NCBI GenBank assembly: GCA_964016885.1
Contig: OZ024741.1
Span: 199,454,001-199,518,000, forward strand
Length of the DNA: 64,000 bases
Reading direction: 5' to 3'
Origin: Eledone cirrhosa
Lineage: Eukaryota
Below, piece by piece: positions 24,288 to 37,609 of the stretch (position 1 is its first letter; each line of letters starts with the position of its first letter). The notes below the pieces were generated by a model. It saw only the letters and a program-made list of their open reading frames with translations. It did not search any database and was not told where the DNA came from. A program made the position numbers and the translations under genes.

Positions 24288-24760
24288 TAGAAGTCAATGG
24301 AAACCGCGGAGTGGGGAGACCCAAGAAGACTTGGGATGAGGGGATAAAAGCCGACCTTACCCAATTAGACCTCTCAAAGGCGATGACACGACCGTGACCT
24401 CTGGTGTCACGCAGTAATACAGAGTACCCGACCTCCCATGGGTACAAGCTAAAGCATATAGACAATATGCCTCCACACCCTCCCACTGCAAGGTGGTCGT
24501 GGAGGTGCCACGGCAAAAAAGCACCCAGCCCACACTGTAAACTGGACGTGTAGGCGCCACGGAAAAAGCACCTAGCACTCACTGTAAATGAGGTTGGTGT
24601 TAGGAAGGGCATCCAGCTGTAGAAATCAAGCCAAAATCAGTTCCTGTATGAGCAAGGCATGGTCAGCCGACCAGACACTGCCCACAACAGGAAAACCCGT
24701 CTAACCCATGCTAGCATGGAAGAACGGACATAAAACGGTAATGATGATGATGATGATGAT
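24288..24760 (+). mobile_element. 5'-truncated RTE LINE with long 3' UTR
   Basis: EVNGNRGVGRPKKTWDEGIKADL remnant, aggaagggcatccagc module and (GAT)n tail. Confidence 0.85.
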
Positions 24761-24768
24761 GACATATG

Positions 24769-24810
<42 letters not shown>

Positions 24811-25667
24811 CAGGATGGAAAAAGTTCAGAGAGCTTATACCGCTGTTGGCCACAAAAGGTTTCTCTCTAAAAATGAAAGGCAGATTGTATGATGCCTGTA
24901 TACAAACAGCAATGCTACATGGCAGTGAGACATGGGCATTACGTGCAGAGGACCTGCGTAGACTGGAAAGGAACGAAGCATGCATGCTCCGTTGGATGTG
25001 TAATAGTAATATAAGCATAAATGAACTAAGTGAGAAATTAGGAATAAGAGGGATCAGATGCTGTTTACTTGAGAGAAGACTACGTTGGTATGATCACGTG
25101 ATGCGCATGAAAGATGACAGCTGCATAAAAAAGTGCAGGGCGATCAAAATTGATGGTAGTTACGGAGTAGGTAGACCCAGAAAAACCTGGGATGATCTGA
25201 TAAATTCCGACCTCACACACTTACATCTCTCTAAGACAATGTCTCTGGACCGAGATCTTTGGCGCTACGCAGTAATACAGTAGACCTGCCTTGCCTATGT
25301 ACAAAGCGAAACCTACAGTCAGTAGGCACCTCTTAACCAAATATACACCCTAATCCACTACCCCTACCCTATCCTCCCACTCCCACCAACTGCATGAGAA
25401 AATGAGATCGAGATCGTGTAGGTGTCACGACAAAAAACACTCACAGTCCACGCTAAAATGTGGTCGTGTAGGTAACACGGTAAAAAGTTCCCAGTTCCAC
25501 ACTGTAAATGTGGTTGGTGTTAGGAAGGGTATCCAGCCGTAGAAAACCTGCCAGATAGTCCTATATGAGCGAGACACGGTCACCCGACCAGCCTTGCCTC
25601 AAGTGGGACTACTCCCGTCTAACCCATGCTAGCGTGGAAAATGGACGTTAAACGAAAATGATGATGA
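24811..25667 (+). mobile_element. 5'-truncated RTE LINE (post-RT C-terminus plus long 3' UTR)
   Basis: [12 protein letters not shown]...KGRLYDAC...MLHGSETW...RRLRWYDHVMRM...GRPRKTW, then the UTR module and (GAT)n. Confidence 0.9.
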
Positions 25668-25806
25668 TTATATATATATATATATATATATATGCACATA
25701 TGTATGTATGTATATATATATATATATACATATGTATGTATATATATACATATACATATGTATATATATATATATATATACATATGTATATGTACATATA
25801 CATATA

Positions 25807-27099
25807 CAGGGTGCGGACGATATTTGTTCGCAAGATTACTGTCTAAGAAAAAATAACACAGTAGTTTTATTTTTTAAGATATATTTATCAAACTTGGGTC
25901 AGTTTGTCTTCGTGACTTGTTCTCTCGATCTCACCCGCCATTGGCTTTGATGACGGCCTCAAAGCGGCCTTGGAACCGGCTACAGGCCTTCGTCACTCTC
26001 GTCACTTAAGCCCCTAAAGGCACTTGTGATCGTCTTCAGATCGTCTTTTGTATTGCAGCTAGTTCTGTTGGTGTCTCATTCCACTGCGCCCCACACAAAG
26101 AAGTCGAGGGGGTTGCAGTCACGCGAGCTGGGAGGCCAGATGTCAGGTGAAGTGTGGTCGATAAAGTTCTCTGACAGCCAGGCTTGGGTCTTTCGGCTGG
26201 TATGGCAGGGTGCTAAGTCTTGCTGCCACACGTACGGCCTACCTGCAGCTACCTGGTCGATCCAGGGCTTTACTACCTCACTCAGAACGTGGATGTAGCC
26301 ATCGGTGTTCAGCTTGAGGCCCTCAGGGAGGAAGTGAGGTGGCATGACGTCACCTTGACTGCTGACGACACCTAAGACCAATGTTGTCGCTGGAAACTTT
26401 GTCTGCATGACACTGGGCACGTCTTTGGATGAGACAGCGAGCCACCTGTTGTTCTGGGAGTTGATCTTCTGGTCTTGGTAGAAGTTTTTCTCGTCGGAGA
26501 AAAACCACAGCATGTCTGGCTCCAGTGGGTGTTTCAACTTGTTGATCAGCTTCTTTGCATGCTTCAGTTGCTTTTCTTGTATCGCCTTTTACAGAAATTG
26601 TCCTTTCCTCATCTTGTATGAAACATAGCGAATGTCTTCATGTACCACCAGCCTAATGAACTTTTCATCCATGCCTTTCTCCCTTGCAATAGCATGCATC
26701 GACTTGCTAAGTTCATTGTTGAGGATATCCTGAACTTCAGCGACGATTTCGGGCGTCCTGAAGGCGTCAGATTGTTGATCATGTGTTTTCCTCTCTGATG
26801 TTGCTTCGTAGTCGAATCCTGAATCTTCCAATTCCTTTCTGACCTTTTCCACCATTGTCCTGCTGACACTGAGAAATTCTGAAATTTCCTTATTTGTCCT
26901 CCCTGCGCAGATTGCAAGAAGAACTCTGTGTCTCTTCCACAAATTTGGAGGTTCAAAATTATTCATAATCAATTATTCTAAAAATAAATAATGGAAATAT
27001 AGTCACTGTTTTTATGAAGACAAGAGTGACAACGGAAGTAAAAAAAATTTGCATAAAATTAGCAGTTGAAAATTGTGAACAAATATCGTCCACACCCTG
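25807..27099 (-). mobile_element. Full-length Tc1/mariner transposon, DD37D (maT) family, transposase inactivated
   Basis: TIRs cagggtgcggacgatatttgttc / gaacaaatatcgtccacaccctg with TA flanks. WFFSDEKNF...QQD(37 aa)D, WPPSSRDCNPLD. ORFs 26589-26972 and 26076-26537 are in the same frame and broken by stops. Confidence 0.92.
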
Positions 27100-27249
27100 T
27101 ATATATGTATGTGTCTATATATATGTATATATACATATATATGTATGTGTGTATATATATGTATATATACACACATACATATATATATATGTATATATAC
27201 ATATATATATATATGTATGTGTGTATATATATGCTTACACACATACATA

Positions 27250-27296
<47 letters not shown>

Positions 27297-27326
27297 GTAT
27301 ATATACATATATATATGTATATATAC

Positions 27327-27379
<53 letters not shown>

Positions 27380-27495
27380 TATGTATGTGTGTAAGCATAT
27401 ATATACACACATACATATATATATATATGTATATATACATATATATATATGTATGTGTGTATATATACATATATATATGTATATATACATATATA
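27100..27495. repeat. Compound (TA)/(CA)/(TG) microsatellite
   Basis: Pure purine-pyrimidine alternation, source of the spurious YI-rich ORFs. Similar tracts at 23085-23212, 23820-23970, 25668-25806, 28550-28758 and 29890-30215. Confidence 0.95.
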
Positions 27496-28550
27496 TTGTT
27501 CATTATAGTCCTCCAAGCCATAACAGAGCAGTTTAAGACTGGCTATTCATGGGAACTTCTCTATGCTGACGATCTGGTTATTATAGCAGAATCAGTAGAG
27601 GAGCTAGAGACTAAATTCTGGCTATGGAAACAGCAGTTAGAAGCAAGGGGACTGAGAGTGAACCTAGCTAAGACAAAAGTGTTGATGAGTAGAAAAGAGG
27701 ACAAAACTCTGATTCCATCAGGGAAATGGCCATGTTCGATATGCAGAAAATGAATTGGCATAAATTCTATAAAATGCACACAATGCAGATCCTGGGTACA
27801 CAAGAGATGTAGTGGGATAGAAGGCAAACTAACAGGTAGGGAGAAATATGTATGCTGTAGATGTACAGGGAAATTAGACAGTAGAAGTCTCATTGATAGA
27901 CACATTTTTCAAATGCAGGCAGGTGCTATAGAAGTGGTGGATAGCTTCCAGTACCTAGGAGATCAGATTATCATGGGAGGGGGTGTTCCGAGGCCATAGT
28001 ATCTAGAATAATGACGGGTTGGAAGAAGTTTAGGGAGCTGCTTCCTCTGCTGACGAAGAAGGGTTTCTCCCTGCATACGAAAGGCCGGTTGTATGATGCC
28101 TGTGTGAGGAGCGCGATGCTGCATGGTAGTGAGATGGGCAGCAACTACAGAGGATAAGCGACAGCTGGAGAGAAATGAGGCAAGCATGCTCCGTTGGATG
28201 TGCAATGTAAATGTGCGTGAACGACTCAGCATGGATGTGTTGAGAGAGAAACTGTGTCTGAGAGGGATAGAATGTAGTGAGCGAGAGATGAGACTGCGGT
28301 GGTATGGACATGTGATGCGCATGGAGGATGACCGATGGGTGAAGAAGCACCAGGAAATGCCAGTTGAAGGAAGACATGGTAGAGGTTGACCACGAAAAAC
28401 ATGGGCGGAGGTGGTGAGAACAGACCTCAGATCGCTGAAGCTCACAGTGGAGATGACGAAGGACCGTGACAAGTGGAGAGATGCTGTGCTGAATAAGACC
28501 CATCCCACCCTTGCAAGCACGGAAAAGCCGACGTAAAATGATGATGATGA
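27496..28550 (+). mobile_element. 5'-truncated RTE LINE with RT remnant and short 3' UTR
   Basis: LFIIVLQAI...[10 protein letters not shown]...[11 protein letters not shown], Cys-rich insert (WPCSIC...C..C..WVHKRC), [17 protein letters not shown]. Stops and frameshifts. (GAT)n tail. Confidence 0.92.
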
Positions 28551-28758
28551 TATATATATACATATATATAAGTATATACATATGTATATATGCATATATA
28601 CATATGTATATATGCATATACATATATATATATGTATATACATATATATATATGCATATACATATATATATATGCATATACATATGTATATATACATATA
28701 TATATATGTGTGTGTATATACATGTATATATATATATGCATATGTGTATATATATATA

Positions 28759-28886
28759 GGAAAAGAGTCAGGACCCCGAGCTCAAGCCCTTTCGATGGCT
28801 ATTTCTTTTCCTATTACCCACTTTACTATCCAAAGTATCGAGTACTCTTGTGTGTTATGGGCCACCTGGTTCCTTACCACACTTCC

Positions 28887-28892
<6 letters not shown>
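28759..28892. mobile_element. Inverted, partly deleted relative of the 23213-23412 element
   Basis: Reverse complement reads aaggaagtgtggtaaggaaccaggtggcccataa...agtactcgatact...gtaataggaa...gccatcgaaagggcttgagctc. TA tracts on both sides. Confidence 0.75.
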
Positions 28893-28926
<34 letters not shown>

Positions 28927-29108
28927 ATAGAAAAGGTAAAGGAAAGAAGAGTGCTCTATGTATAGTACAGAGCTATTTAATTATATAATAAACAACACAA
29001 TATAATTATTCCATTATCCAAAATTTCACGAAGTTAGACGATTCTAACAGAAACATTTAGTTCGTCCATGAGAGGAAATCTCTAGATTGTGTTCTTTATG
29101 ATATAATT

Positions 29109-29169
<61 letters not shown>

Positions 29170-29958
29170 AGTGCAATTTTCCACACAAAACGAAGGCCAC
29201 AGAGAAAATTGAGGTTGGCAATGGCACATGGAACACATAAGAGACAGAATACTTCCCTAATGTTTTCTTACGAATGAAACAGTTCTAGTCCTATAGAATT
29301 CATTAAAATGAATATACCTATACTCAACTAGCGCATTTACTTTTTAACAGTGGTCGCCTCCCGACTCTACACACACACATATATATATATATAGTTCGTC
29401 ATCCATGATTTCCAGTGGTGAGTGTTTCAGAACTCTATGTGGTTGAACATACCACAGATTTAGCATAACACAATGAGTGACAAGGCTAGCCCCTTGAATT
29501 ATAGGTACAACTCATTTTGGCTGCTTGAGTGAAGCAATGTGAAAGAAAGCATCCTGCTCAAGGTCCCAACACAGTCTTCTTCAAGAATCGAACTCATGAC
29601 CTTTCGATCGTGGAATTAACATTCTAACCACTAAGCCGTCTCACACACATGCATTCACACATACATATATACATGCATATAGACACATACTCACATATGT
29701 GTCTAAAAATGTATGCATACATTTATGAGATCTGTGTATTGACTAGATATCTTCCTGTATCTGGGGGTTATAGGTATCAATAGCCCATCAAAAGGATGTA
29801 GAGATAGTGGCAGTTAAATAACTATGAAGGCAGTTATGATCTGTTGGGATCAATGGCAAAATAATGTGTCGGGGGTGGGGGAGCTATATAAGTTTATATA
29901 TATATATATAGGTGTACATCATCATCACACATCTGTTTTACCACAGTTATATATATAT

Positions 29959-30004
<46 letters not shown>

Positions 30005-30049
30005 CACACACCCACACATAAAATCATATTCAACATATTTTCATATAGA

Positions 30050-30090
<41 letters not shown>

Positions 30091-33000
30091 TATATATATG
30101 TGTGTGTATATATATATATATGCATGCATGCATACATACATACATACATACATACATACATACATACATACATACATACATACATACATACATGTGTATG
30201 CATGTGTATATATATTGAAAGCCTAAAATTCCACTAAATGTTTCTCCATGTTTCACGTTTCCAATCTTGATGCAGTAGTGAAGATGAAAGTAAAAACAGA
30301 AAGCATGTATAGCTGTTGTTGTTTTTTTTTTTGTTGGAAAACACCCCAGAAAAAAATACTCTATGAAAAAATACACAAAAACCAGCACCATAAAAATATA
30401 ATAAAAATGAAAAGAAAAAAAACGCTAAAAAATTAAAAGGGTATTTGATGTGATGCTGAGAGAGACTGTTATTATACTTATGATTTGCATGCCTGAACAT
30501 AGTAGAAGAGGGGTGACATGGCAAATTTCATCAATGCTAACAAGAAAAAATGTTAGAACATTCTTATGTTATGTTAATATGGAAAGAGCAGAAAAGAGTG
30601 TTATGTTGAGAGGAGCAATGTTTGTTGGATAAATATTTGTGTCATGTTATGGTTATGCATTAAAGCCAAACTAATTTACATACATGGAAAGGAAGAGCAG
30701 GTTGCTGTGAGAAAATATAACTTATATAGAATATTATATATATTTGGTCTCAACTAGTGGTCCAAAGCTTTTCTTGCAACTTATTTACAGCATGCTGTAT
30801 TCTTTTCTTACATATGTATGCTTACATGGCATTTGTTCACATTCCTTCATGAATACATATTTGCATACTTGATGCACATGAATGTGTGTGTTAATATAAA
30901 TATGCATACATCTGTATGCTTATATAGACATGTATATCTACCTCTATAGACTTGCTTTTCATGTGCTTACACATGCATCCATCATATATTTGTGCAGGTA
31001 ATTTCATGCACATACACTCACAGACATTTATATCCTTGCAATATACATGGACATGCATATATGCATATATACTTACAGCATGCACAAGAGCATACACATA
31101 TCCATATAATTCAATGCATATACTTTAACACTCTACCACATAGATATATTCAGGCATTCTCACAGAATCACACACATTGAACACTCATACAAATATAATT
31201 AGCTGATAAAAACCAATGTGAATTTAATGAATGCTGGTAAATTACATTAAAAAATGGATTTAATTAAAGTTGGTAAGGTGATGAGTAAATGAATGAGATA
31301 ACTAAGACAAGTCAAAATATGATAAAATGTGAGAAATGTTGAACAGTGAAAGGTGATAAAGGTGTTAAAATAATTTTATCATCATTGTCACTGTTTAACG
31401 TCTATTTTCCATGCTTGTATGGATTAGATGGGTTGTCACTTACTAAAGCTTGACTGGTCATGTGACCACACCTTGCTCATACAGTCTGTTTGGGGTTTAG
31501 TTTTCTATGGCTGGATGTCCTTTCAAAGAAGCCTTTGTAATTATTGAATAAAGAAAACTTTGAGAATATCATGGACAAAACACAAAAACCAATGATGAAG
31601 TAGTAAAAATGACAAAAGCTAAGAACATTTTATTAGGCACCAATTTTATTTTGGGAAATATTGTAAAGTTACAAAAGCCTGTGTTTAATCTTAATTTTTT
31701 CATAACCATATTTCTAATGAAATACATTCTATTTCAATTAATTAATGAAAAATTTTGAGAATTTGGCTAAAATTATGAATTATTTCATTACTAAGATAAC
31801 AACTTAAAATATGGTTCTTGAATAAAATTATTTTAGAAAATTTCAATTTAAATAGGAAACCTTTAAAATAGGTGGTTTTGTTTCATAGAACTGTGGCCAG
31901 TTTGGAGCAGGTTGTTATCAAAAGGATTAAGAATGTCCAGCGAAAGCATTTTGAGGCTCTTGTTAGTTGATTTACCAAACATCATGCAAAGTTTGAAGAC
32001 ACATTGCTTGAATTTGTCAACCATGGTAGAAGTGATAAAGTTGATCTAACAAATTACAAAACCTTACATATTAGGTAAACTTGAGTAGATATCATAAAAC
32101 TTATTTGTAAACTGACTCAGTAGGCTGGCTACTGATGATCATTTGCTATGTATACCTTATCATTGATCAGTATTATCACAGCATGTGCAGTTAAAAAATG
32201 TTCTGATATATTTGAATAACTGACAGATATGCACATATTCAAGTTTTTTAATCAATATTAAAACTCTCTTCTCTATTTAGTTTCAAAATTAATTGAATTT
32301 TATAGGAATTATATTTCATAATAAAAGGGTTAATATCTCTCTCATTATGTGTATTTTTGTGAGGAACTTTTTACTTGAATAATACCCCTAATTCTTAAAG
32401 ATCATCCCAACAATCAAATGATGCTAATCAATTTTTAATTTAAGCTTCATTAAAATCTTTGTTGCTGGATCTTTTAATTTAAATTCAGTTTGTGGTATTT
32501 ATTTTCAGCTGAGTATTCTGAGCTCGTGGGAGTTGTACATCTTGGTTATAATACAGTGCTCTGCTAATGAAAGGATAAAACAATTTCAATCCTATGGGTA
32601 GTAGTTCTTCACACTTTCAACTTAGCCATATGTACCTATTGTCATTGTAATGTACCTATTGTCATTGTATACAAGTGAAATTATAATTTGAAGAGGTTAT
32701 AGAAATTTCAATATTGATCTACTTCTTAAACTGCCTCTATAAATCAAGTTGTTGTTCTACTTTTGAGAAATAATATCTAGTTCTCATTAATTGATTTTCT
32801 GTTGTTTTTTTTAATTCAAACTCTACCTTGACAATAAAAACTGCTAAGCAAACAATATTCACTTAATGAAGGCTCTTTACACCATGTTTGTTTCCACCAG
32901 CTGAACTAGAAATACTAAGATTATTTCTAATTGGTGTGTTGCATGATATCACTATAATCTCAGGCAATTACTAAAAAATATATTTAGTGTTAAAATACAA

Positions 33001-33989
33001 TTTGTTGACCTTGAACTATTTAATCCTAACAATATATTACCCAAATGTCCTTTTCTCACACTGAAAATATTTATAAATATCTTAATCTAAATAAAACTAT
33101 TTGAAAGAGTTTTTTTATTTATTTTATATTTACTTTTTTATAAGGCACAAGAAAAGATAGGTCCCTAATCTTTGTGACTGACAAGAATGTCTGTTAATAT
33201 ATTCATTTTATTTTTATATATGACTGTAAGTTCAAATCTTGCTGGGATTAACTTTGCCTTTCATACTTCCAGAGTTAATAAAATGATGTACCAGTCATGC
33301 ACTTGGGTTGATGTAATCAACTTATCACTCCTCACCACAAATTTTTGGCCCTGTGCCTCAACTAAAAATCATTTTTATATGTAACTGTGGTTAGAGTTAG
33401 AGCTGGTGATATCAATAGTATATTTGTTAGGGCTGAGAGTTCATATCCTCTCACTACATATATAAATACACAGGTGACCACCATCACTACCACAATAACA
33501 TATGTCTGGACAATGTGAGAGAATGCTCTCCAACATGCAGAACCCCGGGCACATGTCAATTCATAGTCCCAGCAGATAGAATAGAGAAAGCCTTACCCCA
33601 GAGGATAGTGAGGGAGACATGTTGAAATAGCCATTCCAACTTGCAAGTGGCTAACTTTGTCCTGATAGCAGTAAGTAGGACCCAGAATGCCAGAAGTCTC
33701 CACTGCTATAGGTTCAGTGACTTATACTGTTACATTTGTCTGGCAAAGACACTAATTTATAAATGGCTGCAATAGTTACTATTAAAAGTTTAATATATTT
33801 TATTTTCCAAAGTTCACAGTTGTATAAATAACATTACAAATTGTTTATAGTTCTTACAGAATGAAAATATAAATACAGTTATAAACACACATAATAAATA
33901 CAATTAATTATTGCTAGGAACCTCACAAATGTAATGCACAAAAATATCTGGTCAAAGTGAGAGGGAAAAAAAAACAAACATCAATTCAC

Positions 33990-34210
33990 CACCAAGTGCG
34001 ACAAGGGTCAACAGAAAATTTTGAGGCAAGCCAACATGCTCACAGCATTACCATAGATGATGGCAAGGCTAAGGTGCTGAAAAAACCTGGCACCCACATG
34101 GGCATCACCTGACACTTCAGTAAGGTGAGCTACCAATGATAACAAGAACTTCGCTGTCAGCGGCCCAACTCCACCAAACATGTCAAACACCACAGGCTGG
34201 GGTAGTCCAC
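33990..34210 (-). mobile_element. 3' fragment of a CRE-like non-LTR retrotransposon
   Basis: PVVFDMFGGVGP...GD...FFQHLSLAIIYGNAVSML matches the remembered CRE-clade C-terminal pattern (QRxSxAIQRGNA). Confidence 0.65.
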
Positions 34211-34819
34211 TGCTGTTAGAAAGGGATTTGTGTATTTATTACTATATTAGTTTGCCAGATCAGATTTAAATATAGATTTTTCCATGATCATTAAAAAGTT
34301 ATGAAGAAACTCCACAATTTATCTTTCCTTGAATCACTAAATGAAGATGGAATCTTCAGTGATATTTCTATTTCTAAAAGTTATGAGAATATTTTTTAAT
34401 CGTTTTTTTTTTTATTTTTTTTTTTTTTGTAGTAATTTTATTTATCAAATGTAAAGTGTCTAAAAATGTAATAATTGTTTCATGATTAGATGCATTTTTT
34501 AAATTTTATTTATAGAGTATAATGAGGTCTTATCTTAAGACATTGCATTACTTCTAATGAGATATAAATTTATGACTTCTTCAATTCTTATAATTTGCCC
34601 ACTTAGTGAAAATCATAAATACAATTCAGAACATGTTACAAATTAGTAATTTGTTTCAGTCAATTATTTTAATCATTTTAGTCAAACATTGGCTGAATTT
34701 TCACCTCTTTCAAGAATATAAATCTTTTTAATTCCTTTTGTTTGTATGTGCATGTGCTCACTGTGTGTGTGTGTGTGTGTGTGTGTGTGAAGAGTAGGAA
34801 TGATAGCTTGAAAGCTGGC

Positions 34820-35820
34820 TCAGCTGATATGTAGCAAGGATCTTAATCCTGAGATTGATTGGGAAACCTTTTGTTGGCTGCAAAGTGCAAATGATTTCCT
34901 TGAGCTAGTACTGGATTCGAACTGGCCCCAAGTAGTCACCTCCCCCACAAGAGGTGACGACACTTTGGATCTGCTCTTTACCACTACTCCTTAAACTGTT
35001 ATCAGTGTCACTAGTGAGGAACCTTTAGGTGACTCTGATCATGCTATGATCTTTGCCAATCTGTCTCTTATGAACGGTAACATAAACTACAAACATCTCC
35101 AGACTGTCACTTTGACAGGAATAAAGCAGATTGGAACTCTTGCTGCACTGAGCTACAACACCCAAACTGGCCTGAATTTTACAACTCTTGAGGTGTGAAT
35201 ACTATATTTCAGAACAACTTTAATTCAAAAATAGGTACCATGTAAGCACAAAAAAACATCCCAAAAGTGCAATTTGGGAGACTGCAGCAGTCCGAGTTGC
35301 CAAGAAAGAATGCTGTGATGCTGAATGGGAATACAGACTACATAGATAGATCAGAGGTTAATAGAAAAAATGTGCAATAGATAATCTAACCATCTCAAAA
35401 GGCAGTGCTTGAATTTGAACAGCATATAGCAACCAACCCTGACAACAAAGTGTTCTGGAAAAATGTATGTTCAAAGCAGAGACCTCACTCTCCAGTTGGT
35501 CCTCTTTGCTATCCCCACACAGGTTGGATTACTGACAATGCCAAAGAATGCACAGAACTTATTGCTGAATGCTATACAGGCATTTTTCCTGATGAAAATC
35601 AAAGTGTATCGTGCGTCCCCCCCCTCCCCCCGGCCTCCTGACATAAAATTCTATAGCAATGCTGTGATGCCACCTCAAGAATAAGTGCAACTATGCCTAT
35701 CGTGGTCTTGATGGTGTTACGTACCTGCTTCTCAAATGTGGTGGGTTCTCTCTTCTGCACCAGCTTTCAACCTTCTTCCATTTCTGCACTCATCTGACCT
35801 GTCTGGCTACAGAATGTGAC
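34820..35820 (+). mobile_element. Decayed CR1-like LINE (AP endonuclease and downstream region)
   Basis: QVVTSPTRGDDTLDLLFTT...EEPLGDSDHAMI and NPDNKVFWKNV, with many disruptions. Confidence 0.75.
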
Positions 35821-35884
35821 AACCTGTCTAACTCATGTAAGCATTGAAAATAGATGAAAAACCAAGATGACGATGATGATATAT

Positions 35885-36000
35885 ATAAGCTCACGGAGGA
35901 GATGACAAAGGACCGTGACAAGTGGAGAGATGCTGTGCTGAATAGGACCCATCCCATCCTTGCAAGCAGGGAAAAGCAGATGTAAAATGATGATGGTGAT
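35885..36000 (+). mobile_element. Very short RTE 3' end (short-UTR type)
   Basis: Near-identical to 28438-28550. Confidence 0.85.
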
Positions 36001-36759
36001 ATATATACATATATACACCATTACATATAGCAGTGTTTGAAGTGATGATATATAAGCTGTTAGTTGTGGGTCGTTGTATCAGCATCACTTCTCCACCTTC
36101 AATATCAGCTAGATAAACTGATCAATCATTTTCGTATAGATTTGTTAAATGTAGTATTATGCATATGATAAACATATCCTCTATCTATTGAATGTAGATA
36201 CAAAGAGATACATTGTTTCAATATTTAATGCAGATGTAGATAGATCGGGTATAATGTTTTGTTATGTTATACCTTTTTTTTTTTTTTTTTACATCACATT
36301 ATCACACAAGAATTACATTTCATTGCTATGGAATTAAAATTAAGTTTTAAAGTTGAATTAAAATTTATTATCAGAACGTTACGCAAGCAAAATATACCTA
36401 GGATTGACATATATTCAAAGTAACCACCTTGTAGAACATTTGAAATTAGATATATAGTAACAAGTGTCCATGTGGCTTAGTAAGCTGTTCAACCCATTAA
36501 TGTTATCTTACTATCCACATTTATTTTATACTTATTTTGTCTTATCACCCATATTGTGTCCACTCCACCCTCATGCTCTGCTCTAAACACAATACCCAGT
36601 CCTTCCTAGCCAGAACACTATCCCTCTAATACTCCCCCCATACTCATGTCTTTCCCAAAGGAGTGAAGCTACAACAATTTAAACAAAACATCTATGGCAT
36701 CAATCCTTCCAATCTCGGAGGACCTATGATGGGCCATGGCACTGTCCCTTCCTCTAGAC

Positions 36760-37093
36760 TAGGGGCATGCAACGTGCAACAGGCGACCCGTGGGCCACAA
36801 TCCGGGCCACTGGCCACAATCCAGCCTGCCAGACCAGTCAGAGTGGCCCGCAATGACTGTTTTTAATTTTTACCTTGTAGGCTTATTTAGAATTTTTTTC
36901 ATAACCGTAATACAATTTTCTGTTAGTTGACCTATACTAAAGGGGTTCACTGATAGGGCTATGCATGTTATAATTTCCCAGTTTCATGCAATGGGAAAAA
37001 GTTGTGGTGAATCTTTGGAATAGTGCTTAATAAATATTAATGGCCCTAAATGTGCAAAAGGGGCCTGCCAATGGAATATGTTACACACCTCTG
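36760..37093. mobile_element. hAT (Charlie-type) MITE
   Basis: Perfect 8-bp TSD ctctagac at 36752-36759 and 37094-37101, imperfect TIRs taggggcatgcaac / gttacacacctctg, and ggccc-rich subterminal motifs. Confidence 0.8.
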
Positions 37094-37565
37094 CTCTAGA
37101 CTTACTAAGTAAAATTTAAAAATGCAGTTCATATTTTTCAAAGTTCTTGGTAGTTTGGAACTTAATCTTCTAATTCAATGTTTGTTCTCATGATGAATTA
37201 GAAATATCTAAAGTTTAGCCATATCATTGAAATTTTTACAAAAAGAGTTAGTGTTAAAAACCATAAAAACAAATTAAAAAAATACCATCTGAATATGTGC
37301 AGAAGCCCATCATGTGTTTGTGTATGAATCTATGTACATATGTTTGTAGGTGTATGAATGAAGATGAATGAAGATACCTATGTATGAATTGTTAGCCTAT
37401 TGGAAGCCTGTAACCAAAGATTCTAATGTCTGCCAGTGATAATATAAAATTAAAATAATAATAATAATAATCAATTATAATAATACATCACATGCAGTTT
37501 TTTTTTGTGTATTTACATATACGTAGGAAAGGTAAATAACAAGAAGGAGTACAGTTACAAAAGGT

Positions 37566-37609
<44 letters not shown>

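Noticed and set aside
27012-27536. Many long Y/I/M/C-rich ORFs here and at other TA tracts
   Set aside because: They are translations of stop-free dinucleotide microsatellites.
29020-29066. Further hammerhead-like motifs here and at ~42440-42470 (-)
   Set aside because: Too many core or stem deviations to distinguish from chance.
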